NCBI GenBank assembly: GCA_964415505.1
Contig: CAYQAR010000001.1
Span: 17,908 to 81,907, forward strand
Length of the DNA stretch: 64,000 nt
Source of the DNA: an uncultured Chromatiaceae bacterium
GTDB taxonomy: Bacteria > Pseudomonadota > Gammaproteobacteria > Steroidobacterales > GCA-2729495
Direction: 5' to 3'
Position numbers and translations under genes: made by a program. Under the pieces are notes generated by a model. It was not told where the DNA came from. It made no database searches and saw only the letters and a list, made by a program, of their open reading frames with translations. Positions 1 through 8,900 of the stretch are shown one piece after another (the first letter of the stretch is position 1; each line of letters starts with the position of its first letter).

Positions 1-1
1 A

Positions 2-181
2 GTCGTCGGCCTTGAGATCAAAGCGTCCGCGACCGTTCGGTCCGCAGATTTCGCCGGATTGCGGAAGCTGGCGGCGGCGGTCGGCAGCAAGTTCAGGTTG
101 GGCGTGGTTCTGCACGATGGGGACGCGGTCATCGGGTTCGGGGAGCATCTCGTCGCGGCGCCGCTTTCATGTCTCTGGTGA
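2..181 (+). CDS. C-terminal end of AAA ATPase/DUF4143 (restriction-endonuclease-like) protein, partial at window edge
   Basis: Frame 2 (absent from ORF track) reads VVGLEIKASATVRSADFAGLRKLAAAVGSKFRLGVVLHDG...APLSCLW*; EIK-A-S motif and tail are typical of the DUF4143 C-terminus. Confidence 0.75.
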   Translation, partial: VVGLEIKASATVRSADFAGLRKLAAAVGSKFRLGVVLHDGDAVIGFGEHLVAAPLSCLW

Positions 182-203
182 TCAGCGCCAGAGGGGCCGT
201 AAA

Positions 204-343
204 GCTTTCGTGGTATCTCGGCATCTATCGGCTTCAAGCGGCAACACGCGACGGTGGGCGTGACGGTAAAGGTCGCGCCCCTCGATACGAAAGTTCGTGC
301 ATTCAACCGCTTGCGGATACTGACAATGATTGAGTGGGAGTGA
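204..343 (+). repeat. Diverged ~140-bp direct repeat copy 1; putative att site ending in guaA-like 3' end (ATT GAG TGG GAG TGA = IEWE*)
   Basis: Shares GCTTTCG, TCTATCG-CT-CAAGCG, CGTGACGGT-AA and TTGAGTGGGAGTGA blocks, in the same order and spacing, with 1314-1454. Confidence 0.7.
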
Positions 344-538
344 GGACGGCGCTTCAGGATGCGCTCAACTCGCGGGCAAGTCTGCGGGCAGATTCGGGGA
401 AGAGATGGCCGAAACCGGAGCGCGTTTTCGGAGGAGGGACCAGATTCACCCTGAGGCCCGTTCGGGGAAGTGGGCGGCGCCCCGGAGGTACTTTGAATCT
501 CCGCCGTTACACCCGGAATATGCTATATTGCCGGCGAT

Positions 539-961
539 ATGAGTATGGTGCTGGACACGGACGTGATGATTGCCGCACTGCGCTCGCCGGCTGGGGCTTC
601 GTCCGAGTTGCTGCGCCAGGTTCTGGTCGGCAAACGGGTCGCCATGGCAAGCGTACCGCTGTTCGTCGAATATGAAGCCGTAATGAGCCGGCCGGAGCAC
701 CTGAAGGCAGCGGCGGCCACGGTCGAGGACGTGCGCAACCTGCTCGATGTGCTGGCGGGTGTCATCAAGCCGGTGGAGATTCGCTACCTGTGGCGGCCAC
801 AGCTGAGTGATGCCGATGACGATATGGTGCTTGAATGCGCGGCCAATGGCGGTGCTCGGCATCTGGTGACGTTCAATGTGGCCGACTTCAAGGGTCCGGC
901 CGAACCATTCGGAATCAGGCCCCTGACCCCTGGTCAGATGCTGAAGGAGATAAAGCTATGA
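539..961 (+). CDS. PIN-domain toxin, type II TA system
   Basis: VLDTDV start, conserved acidic residues, WRPQLSDADDDMVLECA and VTFNVADF motifs; ATGA overlap with the next gene. Confidence 0.9.
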   Translation: MSMVLDTDVMIAALRSPAGASSELLRQVLVGKRVAMASVPLFVEYEAVMSRPEHLKAAAATVEDVRNLLDVLAGVIKPVEIRYLWRPQLSDADDDMVLECAANGGARHLVTFNVADFKGPAEPFGIRPLTPGQMLKEIKL

Positions 962-1206
962 AGACCCCGAGCAACTACGCGCTGCGCCTGCCGGCTTCGC
1001 TCAAGAGGGCGGCTGAAGTGGTGGCACGCGAAGATGGCAGCACGCTCAACCAATTCATCGTGAGCGCGGTTGCCGAGAAGGTATCGGCACTGAAGACCGC
1101 CGAGTACTTCCAGGATCGCGCGACGCGCGGCGACAAGACAAAGGCCCTGCGTTTCCTGCGCCGCAAGGGTGGCGAGGCGCCGCGCTCTGGCGACGAGCGC
1201 CCCTGA
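958..1206 (+). CDS. Ribbon-helix-helix/HicB-like antitoxin
   Basis: MKTPSNYALRLPASLK...SxLNQFIVSAVAEKVSAL; AAGGAG RBS; translationally coupled to the PIN gene. Confidence 0.85.
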   Translation: MKTPSNYALRLPASLKRAAEVVAREDGSTLNQFIVSAVAEKVSALKTAEYFQDRATRGDKTKALRFLRRKGGEAPRSGDERP

Positions 1207-1313
1207 CGGCCAAATTGCTTGAATGACACCCGGCGCACCGCTGGCGCTGGCCGTGACTGCGATCAAATCTGCAGTGTCAGCGGCTGGGCGGATGCCATCC
1301 TCTTTTGGATGTC

Positions 1314-1454
1314 GCTTTCGGCATCTATCGCGCTCTATCGCCTCCAAGCGAGATGCCTTGTCGGTCGACGTGACGGTGAAATCACCTGACTCCCGTCGAG
1401 AACTTCAGCGACCACAAGGAATTGCGTGACCGCGAGATAGTTGAGTGGGAGTGA
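1314..1454 (+). repeat. Diverged direct repeat copy 2; putative att site ending in GTT GAG TGG GAG TGA (VEWE*)
   Basis: Same motif order as 204-343; TGACGGT-to-TTGAGTGG distance is 70 bp here and 69 bp in copy 1. Confidence 0.7.
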
Positions 1455-1521
1455 CGGAGCGGCTGTGGAAGGTCGAGTGGCGCGCCGGCAAGCCATGACC
1501 GGACGAAGGCCCTGGCTCAAA

Positions 1522-1914
1522 TCATTCCGGGCAATAACTCCCCATTTCCTCCACATCAACGCCGTCCTTCGCAGCTTCGGCAGCGATGCCGGGGTCGGTG
1601 ATCCCCACCAGGCAGCCCCCGCTGCCCCTCTTCAGGTTTGCCTGCTGGCCTCCCGGCATGGAGATGGTGATGTGCCCGTCGTCCCCCATGACGTAGGTGC
1701 CAGTCTCCGTGCTTCCCATGGCGGTGACCGCGACGGTATCACCGGACTGAAAGTTGAACTTCTCGATGAAAACCATCGGACTGTCCGGGTGCTTGGCGAC
1801 GAAGACGCCCGTCGGTTTGCCACTCCCCGCTCCGCCGCACCCTGCGAGCATCACGCCCAGCAGCGCACAGCACGCCGGACGACGCCATTCCGGAAATCGA
1901 TCACCAGTCATCAC
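1522..1914 (-). CDS. Hypothetical lipoprotein
   Basis: Lipobox LAGC after a hydrophobic stretch; overlaps the stop of the upstream gene. Confidence 0.65.
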   Translation of the reverse strand: MMTGDRFPEWRRPACCALLGVMLAGCGGAGSGKPTGVFVAKHPDSPMVFIEKFNFQSGDTVAVTAMGSTETGTYVMGDDGHITISMPGGQQANLKRGSGGCLVGITDPGIAAEAAKDGVDVEEMGSYCPE

Positions 1915-2537
1915 ACTCTCCCTCTCGCGGCGGCGGCGCCTTCACCATCCATTGTGTATCCCAGCAACCCGCCAACCGCATTGGCCAGAATCATGGCACG
2001 CTGGATGCTCAGCCAGCGCGCAATAACCACGGTCTTGCCGTCGTACTCCATATAGACCCGCTTGCCGGACGAATCAATGCCGCCAGCCACCATCATGGCG
2101 ACGCTCGTGGTTGCATCGGCGGCCATGGCCGACGCCCGGGCCATCGCGGGATCACCACCAAAGGGGTCGAGCTCGGCACGTCGCGCGACTTCGTTGTAGT
2201 CCTGCGCCGAGAGGCGGAAGTCCTGCCGGACACCGTTGGTCTCGACAAAGAGCCGCACAATCTTCGCCCGGTCATAGGTCTTTTTTCCGACCTTGAGGTC
2301 TTTATCGCCGACCGAGATTTCGCGTTTGCGCGAACGCCACCACGCCAGGATGCCGAGTGCGAGGAAAGGCAGTTGCCAGGCCCACCGCTCACCCAGGAGG
2401 AAAAACAGCGAGATCAGCGTAAAGAAGACGTACCAGGCGCATCCGGCCTTGAACCAGAGTTTGTCCTGCCGGTAGCGGATGACCTTCCGGCCGCCGCTCT
2501 CCGCATAGTCGAATCCGTATCTATAGTCTTTTTCCAT
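1911..2537 (-). CDS. Hypothetical membrane protein (2 TM helices)
   Basis: Start MEKDYRYG; two hydrophobic helices then a soluble domain; coupled to the lipoprotein gene. Confidence 0.6.
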   Translation of the reverse strand: MEKDYRYGFDYAESGGRKVIRYRQDKLWFKAGCAWYVFFTLISLFFLLGERWAWQLPFLALGILAWWRSRKREISVGDKDLKVGKKTYDRAKIVRLFVETNGVRQDFRLSAQDYNEVARRAELDPFGGDPAMARASAMAADATTSVAMMVAGGIDSSGKRVYMEYDGKTVVIARWLSIQRAMILANAVGGLLGYTMDGEGAAAARGRV

Positions 2538-2725
2538 GCTGTGCCAGCTGTCAGCCGAGCGGATTGAAGGTCGACGCGGTGCAATTCTGCCCGGGCGGTG
2601 GTGAACTGCATCGTGTTTGGCGGAGGGCGAAACGCCAGCACGGCCGTATTGCCCACCAACCGGGTTACGAGGCCGAGCAGGCGGGCGAGAACCGGACAAC
2701 TGTCGCTGGTCATCAGCGTTCTTCC

Positions 2726-3085
2726 ATGGGTTCTGGACAAGACGACGCTGTCGTGTGCCTTAGCGTATACGTATCAGGTAGCCGAATTGCAAGGGCGGCG
2801 CGAAGATCTTGCGCTGCACTCTGGAACCGCCCGGGTCGTCGGGACGCGGAAAGGCCGCTGACGCTGTGGTACGCAGAAGCGCGCCGGGCGAACTGGACGT
2901 CGCCTGCCGAAATCAAGGCGCGCTACCGACGGGCAAGCTTCCTGGCTGGCAATCGCGTGGTGTTTGACATCGCGGGTAACCGATACCGACTGGTGGTGAA
3001 AGTGAACTTCGACTTCGGAATCGTCTATGTGCGTTTCGTTGGCACGCATGCCGAGTACGATGCCATTGACGCAGGGAGTATCTGA
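2726..3085 (+). CDS. higB: HigB-family (RelE-like) toxin; start uncertain, 5' end possibly degenerate
   Basis: PLTLWYAEARRANWTSPAEIKARY..NRVVFDIAGNRYRLVVKVNFDFGIVYVRFVGTHAEYDAID; TGATG coupling to the antitoxin. Confidence 0.8.
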   Translation: MGSGQDDAVVCLSVYVSGSRIARAARRSCAALWNRPGRRDAERPLTLWYAEARRANWTSPAEIKARYRRASFLAGNRVVFDIAGNRYRLVVKVNFDFGIVYVRFVGTHAEYDAIDAGSI

Positions 3086-3438
3086 TGAACATCCGCCCCA
3101 TCAGGACCGAAAAGGACTACGAGCGGGCGCTCTCCCGTGTCGCCGCGCTCATGGACGCCAAGGCCGGCACGCCCGCGGGCGATGAACTCGATGTGCTGGC
3201 GACGCTCGTCGAAGCTTACGAGGACCGGCGCGAGCCGATGGCCGCCGTCAGCGCGATCGATGCCATCCTCTTTCGCATGGAGCAGCAGGGCCTGACCCGC
3301 AAGGACCTGGAACCCTACCTTGGCAGCCGGCATCGCGTGTCGGAGATCCTGAGCGGGCAGCGGCAGTTGTCGCTGGCGATGATCCGCAGGCTGCATGCCG
3401 GGCTGAAGATCCCGCTGGAGAATCTGATCCACGGTTGA
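3085..3438 (+). CDS. higA: HigA-family antitoxin (XRE HTH)
   Basis: MNIRPIRTEKDYERAL, DELDVLATLVEAYE, GLTRKDLEPYLGSRHRVSEILSG motifs. Confidence 0.9.
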   Translation: MNIRPIRTEKDYERALSRVAALMDAKAGTPAGDELDVLATLVEAYEDRREPMAAVSAIDAILFRMEQQGLTRKDLEPYLGSRHRVSEILSGQRQLSLAMIRRLHAGLKIPLENLIHG

Positions 3439-3488
3439 TCGCGGTGCCGGTTTTGGCTTGTTGAACAACGCTTTGTCGTCGATGGCGT

Positions 3489-3803
3489 GTGCTTGCCCGT
3501 GGACGGCTGCCCGAAGGGGCTCTACCAGGAGCGAGCCGGCACCTGGCGGTGCGCGGCTTCCGCGTGGAAGTGGCCGACTCCATCCACGGCCTCTATGGAC
3601 TCACGGGCGACACCGTGCTGCTCGCCACGCCGGTGGCGGATGGCGAAGAGATCGGCCGCTACGGGCCGGACACTGTCGTCGCCGTCATCGGCACGGCCGA
3701 GGATGGCGGCTGGTACTACGTCTCGCCCTGCAATGCCTGCGACAGCGGGTTCATTGCGCGTGCCGGCATCCGGCCGATACCCGAGCTCGACGGCGTTCGG
3801 TGA
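3489..3803 (+). pseudogene. Possible SH3b-like domain fragment
   Basis: C-terminal part (TVVAVIGTAEDGGWYYV...GFIARAGI) resembles bacterial SH3; no signal peptide or clear RBS. Confidence 0.35.
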
Positions 3804-3874
3804 CCGGGCGTGCGTCACCGAGCGTGCAGTGCGAGAGCGCGTGCTCGTGAACTGCGACCCGGCACCCCGTCAGG

Positions 3875-6148
3875 TCATGGCACCGGTGTCAGGTTGAAAA
3901 CGCCGTCGACCACAATCGGCGTTGTCTGGTCGACGATCTGGATATCCCTGAAGGCCATGTGGTCGATGCCGGCAACCGGCGTCGGGAAGCCGCCACCGGT
4001 GACGTAGGCGGCAATCGACAGGGCGTAGGTTCCTGGTAGCGGCATCCCGGCTGATGGACTGAAGATCCTGGCCGGGATCGTGTAGGTCAGTTGTGTGCCT
4101 GGCGTGGCGGCCCCGGGATCGATGTCGATATTCAGGAACCACATCGGGCTGGTCGTCACCGGCGGCTGCGTGCCTCCCGGGTACAGCACGGCCGCAAGCC
4201 GCCAGACCGGGCCGATCGTGCCCGGGTATGCCACCGTGAAGGTCAATGTGGTGTCGGTCTGCGCGTGGACGCGGTCGTTGCCGCCACCGGGTGGCGGGTT
4301 GGTGGTCGGTTCGGCAATCGGCAGCGTGGCGAAGAAATCCCAGATTGCATCGGCCTTGCTCCACCACTGGTGCCCGTCGCGGCCGGTGTCGTCGGTGAAG
4401 CACCATTGCACCGGATAGGGGGACGACCCGTCCGCGTAATCGATGCAGGGATCGGTCGTGCCGGGCCGGTAGGTGTCGAGGTTGAAACCGTTGTACAGCA
4501 CCCAGAAATCGCGCGTCGACTTGACGATGTCCGGAGAGACCACGGTGTCATTTCGGCTCTGGATCTGCATGACGGCGACGGAGCCGGTGCACGAAGGCGA
4601 GATCAGCGCACCGGAGCTCGGGGCAATGGCCCGCAGCAGGTCGCCATGCCGACAGCCGAGTTCGTGCACGAAGCCGGCGCCGGAACTGTGGCCGGTGGCG
4701 AAGATCCGCCGGTTGTCGAATACCAGCTTGCCCTTCAGCTCCGCAAGAAGGTCCTGGAAGAACGCGAAGTCGTAGCCGTAGTTCCACTGGTTGACGCCAT
4801 CCTCGCCTGGCAGTGCATTGAGGATGACGATGATGGCGTCATTGCCGACCTTCTGCCGGAGATCGCTGCCTTCGTTCGAATAGATGCCGCCCGGCATGAA
4901 GTTGCGGTAGGTGCCGCCGGTGCCATGGAACATGAAGAGCAGCGGCTTCGGCTCGCCCGTAACCGAGTAGTCGGAGGGGATCTCGAGGTAATAGCTGCGT
5001 TCGATATCCTGCGAGTTCATGGTCTTGAGGCCGGACTGCGGCGGCGGCTGCAGGCCCTTGCGCAACCGACCGGTGATGTCGTCGGCTTGAGCCACCAGCC
5101 GTGCTGCATCGGCCGCTGGAACCCAGTGCCCCGACAACCAGTGCAGCTTCCAGGAGAACCAGCTGAGGTGGATCACCGCCGGAAAGTCGCGGTTTCGGCG
5201 AATCGCCAGCCCAGCCCGCCTGAGATCGTCCGTCAGGAAGCGTGTGAGCCGTCGCGGAAGGTGAAGTGCAGAGAGATCACTGCCCAGTTTCGCCAGCAGA
5301 TCCGGTACTGAGCCACCTGTGACCGGCCCCAGCGACACGACAAAGTTCACCGCACTGCCGGCCGGGACACAGGCCTCGCAGGCCGAAGGATTCTGGCTGA
5401 CTACGGCCCCTGGCGGTACACTCGGATGATTGGCCTCGGTGACCGTGCCCACCACGAGCCCGGCATCGGTCACGGCGGCCTCCGCGGCCGACTGGTCCAG
5501 TCCACGGACTTCGGGTGCCGCCACGTGCGGCGTGATCGCCGAGACCTCGAACTCCAGCTGGATGCCTGCTCGACCGGGGTCTGCCGTCCATGCCGGCGAC
5601 TGCAACACCAGCGTCGAGCCATCGAAGGCGGATACAGCCGCGGCGTAATCGGCCAGTTGCTGCTGCGGGCCGGCCATCACGTCATCGCCGCCAACAGTGC
5701 GGGTGCCCGGGATCGTGGTGTAGTTCAGCGTGGTCTGGTTCGTGAAGTCGTCACCGTAGGTCGTGTTTGCACAGAGGCTCGCACCCACGAATGCGCCGAA
5801 GCCGCCTTCGACGCAGGCATACGACGTGGCGGCAATCGCCGTGCCAGCCACGTTGAGCACCGCACCCCGGAATTCGTGCGAGTAGAGCACGGTGGCCGGA
5901 CCCAGCTTGAACACCGCCGTGGTCGATGGCGAGACCTGCGTGACGGTACCGGCGGTGTCGTCATAAATGAATTCGGTGCCATCGAGCGAGGCTGCCGCGA
6001 CCATGCCATTGCTGCTGCCAGCGGAAATCCGCACCAGCTTCAGGCCGTACTGGGCGGCGGATGCGGGTGCAGGCAGGCCGGTCAGGAGCGTGGCAAGCCC
6101 AAGGGCCATGCCCATGGCAGCCAGAAACGCCTTGCGGGTCATCTTCAT
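3875..6148 (-). CDS. Secreted multidomain protein: N-terminal domain, PASTA domain, alpha/beta-hydrolase (PHB-depolymerase/LpqC-like esterase), C-terminal beta domain
   Basis: Signal peptide; PEVRGLDQSAAEAAVTDAGL...VPPGAVVSQNP (PASTA); FHGTGG, GHSSG, NDTVV and GHQW catalytic motifs. Confidence 0.8.
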   Translation of the reverse strand: MKMTRKAFLAAMGMALGLATLLTGLPAPASAAQYGLKLVRISAGSSNGMVAAASLDGTEFIYDDTAGTVTQVSPSTTAVFKLGPATVLYSHEFRGAVLNVAGTAIAATSYACVEGGFGAFVGASLCANTTYGDDFTNQTTLNYTTIPGTRTVGGDDVMAGPQQQLADYAAAVSAFDGSTLVLQSPAWTADPGRAGIQLEFEVSAITPHVAAPEVRGLDQSAAEAAVTDAGLVVGTVTEANHPSVPPGAVVSQNPSACEACVPAGSAVNFVVSLGPVTGGSVPDLLAKLGSDLSALHLPRRLTRFLTDDLRRAGLAIRRNRDFPAVIHLSWFSWKLHWLSGHWVPAADAARLVAQADDITGRLRKGLQPPPQSGLKTMNSQDIERSYYLEIPSDYSVTGEPKPLLFMFHGTGGTYRNFMPGGIYSNEGSDLRQKVGNDAIIVILNALPGEDGVNQWNYGYDFAFFQDLLAELKGKLVFDNRRIFATGHSSGAGFVHELGCRHGDLLRAIAPSSGALISPSCTGSVAVMQIQSRNDTVVSPDIVKSTRDFWVLYNGFNLDTYRPGTTDPCIDYADGSSPYPVQWCFTDDTGRDGHQWWSKADAIWDFFATLPIAEPTTNPPPGGGNDRVHAQTDTTLTFTVAYPGTIGPVWRLAAVLYPGGTQPPVTTSPMWFLNIDIDPGAATPGTQLTYTIPARIFSPSAGMPLPGTYALSIAAYVTGGGFPTPVAGIDHMAFRDIQIVDQTTPIVVDGVFNLTPVP

Positions 6149-6479
6149 CGGTCTTCCCCTCGGGCCCTGCTTTTTGTGCTGGTTGGGCCTTCGCCGAGTC
6201 TAGGCGGATTCCGGCAGTTGCGGGGAATCGGGGCGGGCCATCTGGCCGCAGGCCGGTCAGTCGGCTGGCACGCTCGAGTAAGCGGTGCCGGTGTTGGCTT
6301 TGGGGCTTCCTGCTCTGTTGAGGATTCCAGGCCTGAATGCCGGGATCGCCAGCAGTGCCCGTCAGCCGTTGAGCACGGCCTGCAGAAATTTCAAACGCTA
6401 ACACCGGCACGTCTTCACACGCAGGATGTTGCATCGACGGGTCGAGAGCGCTGTGGTCTGAACCTCCTATCCGTTCCTC

Positions 6480-6548
6480 CGAGAGCCAGTAGTGCGGGCG
6501 GAACATGAAGCCGCGGCGCACGAGTTCGCCGTCGAGGCGCTCCACCAC
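6480..6548 (-). pseudogene. Short relic resembling the N-terminal part of a putative zinc-binding metallopeptidase
   Basis: VERLDGELVRRGFMFRPHYWLSEE resembles that family's RGLxFRPHxWLSxEW motif; similarity stops abruptly. Confidence 0.4.
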
Positions 6549-6671
6549 AGCCGGCGGCGGGCCCTGCGTGCCCGGCCGCTCCGCTGCACGCCCGGGCGGC
6601 AGCAGATGCCGCCAACCACCCGACCGGACGATTGGTGCAGAATAGCTGCGGGGCTGGAACGGGCATTACAC

Positions 6672-7574
6672 ATGGGCAGCGAAGCGCCGAAGCGGCTTCC
6701 CGGCTTTGGCTACACGGAGGGCGAGTCCGCGGACGCCGCGGATTTCGGCTGCCCGCCCGACGGCTTGCGGCGACGGCTGTTCGTCGTCATCTTCGAGTCG
6801 GACACGCCGGCTGGCCGGCGCTTCGCGATCGCACTGCAGTTGCTGATCGTCGCGAGCGTGGTGGTTGTCATGCTCGACAGCATGGGCGTTGGCAGCGACA
6901 TTCTCGGCCGCTGGTCCGACGTGCCCGAGTGGTTTTTCACCGCGCTCTTCACCGTCGAGTACACCCTGCGCCTGTGGTGCGTCGAGCGCCCGCTCCGCTA
7001 CGCACGCAGTTTCTTCGGTATCGTCGACCTGCTCGCGGTGCTGCCGTCCTGGCTGGCGCTCTTCTTCCCCGCCCTGCAGGCACTGCTCGACGTACGGGTA
7101 CTGCGTCTCCTGCGCGTGTTCCGCATCCTCAAGCTCACGGCCTTCATCCGCGAGTACCGCGCGCTGGCGCGCGCGCTGCGGGCAAGCGCGCGCAAGATCT
7201 TCATCTTCATCGGGACGGTGGGCCTCATCGTCATCCTGCTCGGCACCGTCATGTACGTCGTCGAGGGGCCGGCCAACGGCTTCACCAGCATTCCCGTCTC
7301 GATCTACTGGGCCATCACGACCATCACAACGGTGGGGTTCGGCGACATCACGCCGCAAACGGGTGCGGGGCGCGTGATCGCGAGCTTCATCATGCTGCTC
7401 GGCTGGGGAACGCTCGCGGTCCCGACGGGCATCGTCACGGCCGAGATGGCCGCCGAGCGTTTCGCTCCGACGGCGGACGCCTCGCTCCCGGAACGCCGCT
7501 GTGGCGCCTGCGGCTCGCGGGGGCACCGGGCGGGGGCGCACTACTGCCAGGACTGCGGTAGCGCCCTCGACTGA
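6672..7574 (+). CDS. Voltage-gated K+ channel-like ion transporter with C-terminal zinc ribbon
   Basis: S4 RVLRLLRVFRILK, selectivity filter TTVGFGD, CxxC...CxxC tail. Confidence 0.9.
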   Translation: MGSEAPKRLPGFGYTEGESADAADFGCPPDGLRRRLFVVIFESDTPAGRRFAIALQLLIVASVVVVMLDSMGVGSDILGRWSDVPEWFFTALFTVEYTLRLWCVERPLRYARSFFGIVDLLAVLPSWLALFFPALQALLDVRVLRLLRVFRILKLTAFIREYRALARALRASARKIFIFIGTVGLIVILLGTVMYVVEGPANGFTSIPVSIYWAITTITTVGFGDITPQTGAGRVIASFIMLLGWGTLAVPTGIVTAEMAAERFAPTADASLPERRCGACGSRGHRAGAHYCQDCGSALD

Positions 7575-7692
7575 CCGCCGCGCGTCGAGCTGACCCGCGG
7601 GGCGGGGGCCAGGAAACCTCCGCGGAAGGCATCTTCCGAATATCGACGCTCGACGGCACCTTCCCCGGCACCGTCTGAATCGCGTCCCCCTC

Positions 7693-7714
7693 GTAGGAGC
7701 GGCTTCAGCCGCGA
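7693..7714 (+). repeat. REP-like palindromic element
   Basis: GTAGGAGCGGCTTCAGCCGCGA: GTAG head plus GCGGC/GCCGC hairpin, intergenic between convergent genes. Confidence 0.65.
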
Positions 7715-7803
7715 TCCTTGCTCCTGCGTTACTGCTCGCGCGCTGATCGTAGGGCACACCGCTGGCCGGTCTGCGTCGTCGCGCTGCAACCTTGCAGCCC
7801 GTC

Positions 7804-8462
7804 TCAGTTCGCGATCCGCCGCCGTGAGCGTGCGCCGAGGCCCATCAGCGCCGACAGCAGCAGCCAGCTGGCCGCCGGCAGCGGCACGGCCGCGATCGGC
7901 TGCGCGTAGTCGGCACCCGACGCCGAGGTGACGCTGAACTCCGTAACGAGGTTTCCGTTCTCGTCGCGCACCTCGGTGATGCCCTGCCATTCCACCGTGT
8001 TCAGGAAATCAAGCAGGGCGTTGCCGGAGATGGTGGCAGGGCCCGGCTGGACTGCGCCGGCCGCGACGTCGAGGCTCCAGTTGGTGCTGGCTGTCACGCA
8101 ATTCCAGGTGCAGTACTCAGGGTTGATGTTGCCTAACTGGTTCTCCGAGACGGTCGAAGAGAGCGCCACGCGGATCGCGAAGGTCGCCGTGCCGTTTGTT
8201 CCGGCGGGGCGCGGACCGCTGATGTTGAACGTGTCGCGCCACTCGACATCCGCGATCGCCAGGCCGTACGCACCAGCAGGATTGCTGGTCGAAATCGCCG
8301 ATGACACCGTGCCCATGAAGAATCCGAAGCCGATGGTTCCGGTCGCGAAGCTCTGCGCATCGCTGGTGGTCGCCGTGAGCGTACCGCTGCTCGCCGGGCC
8401 CTGATGGTCGCAGGTGTAAGGGTTCAGCGGGGAATCCGCCAGGAGCGCCGTCGATCTTCATG
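7804..8462 (-). pseudogene. VPLPA-CTERM (PEP-CTERM-like) surface protein, 5'-frameshifted or truncated
   Basis: C-terminus AVPLPAASWLLLSALMGLGARSRRR; frame is open upstream of 8316 to ~8458 without a start codon or signal peptide. Confidence 0.6.
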
Positions 8463-8900
8463 AGCGATCCTTTGCGAGCCACTGGGATTGATTCTTGGAG
8501 GGGCGCGCAGGGCCAAGCTACTCCTGCCCCTCAGGCGATGCAACATTCACAGTTCAGTAAACTTTCGCCGGACCTGGAGGGCGCCATGGCTGACGCGGAA
8601 ACCGGCCTGCCGAAGGCCTTCATCGCGGGACTGATCCCGACGATGGACAACACCGGCGTCATGACCGAGGGATTCGACGCGATTTCGCGCGGGCTCGCCG
8701 CCTGCGCCTGGTCCAGCCGGCCACCGGCTGCATTATGTTCCATCCCGCGGGGAGCGGTGCCGGCGCCGTTTCTCGGGCGTGTGCGCGTACTGCCGGCACG
8801 ACGGCACATGACTTGTGCCACCATCGGTGGAATAATGAGTCCAAAGGTTCTTCCACGACGTGCTGGACCGGGGAAACAAAAACACAAATAAGGTGCTGCC

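Noticed and set aside
385..398. 14-bp exact match CGGGCAGATTCGGG also at 9856-9869
   Set aside because: Matches of this length are expected by chance in 64 kb of GC-rich DNA; no flanking similarity
6266..6285. Possible sigma54 promoter (TGGCAC...)
   Set aside because: Lacks the -12 TTGC/GC element at the required spacing
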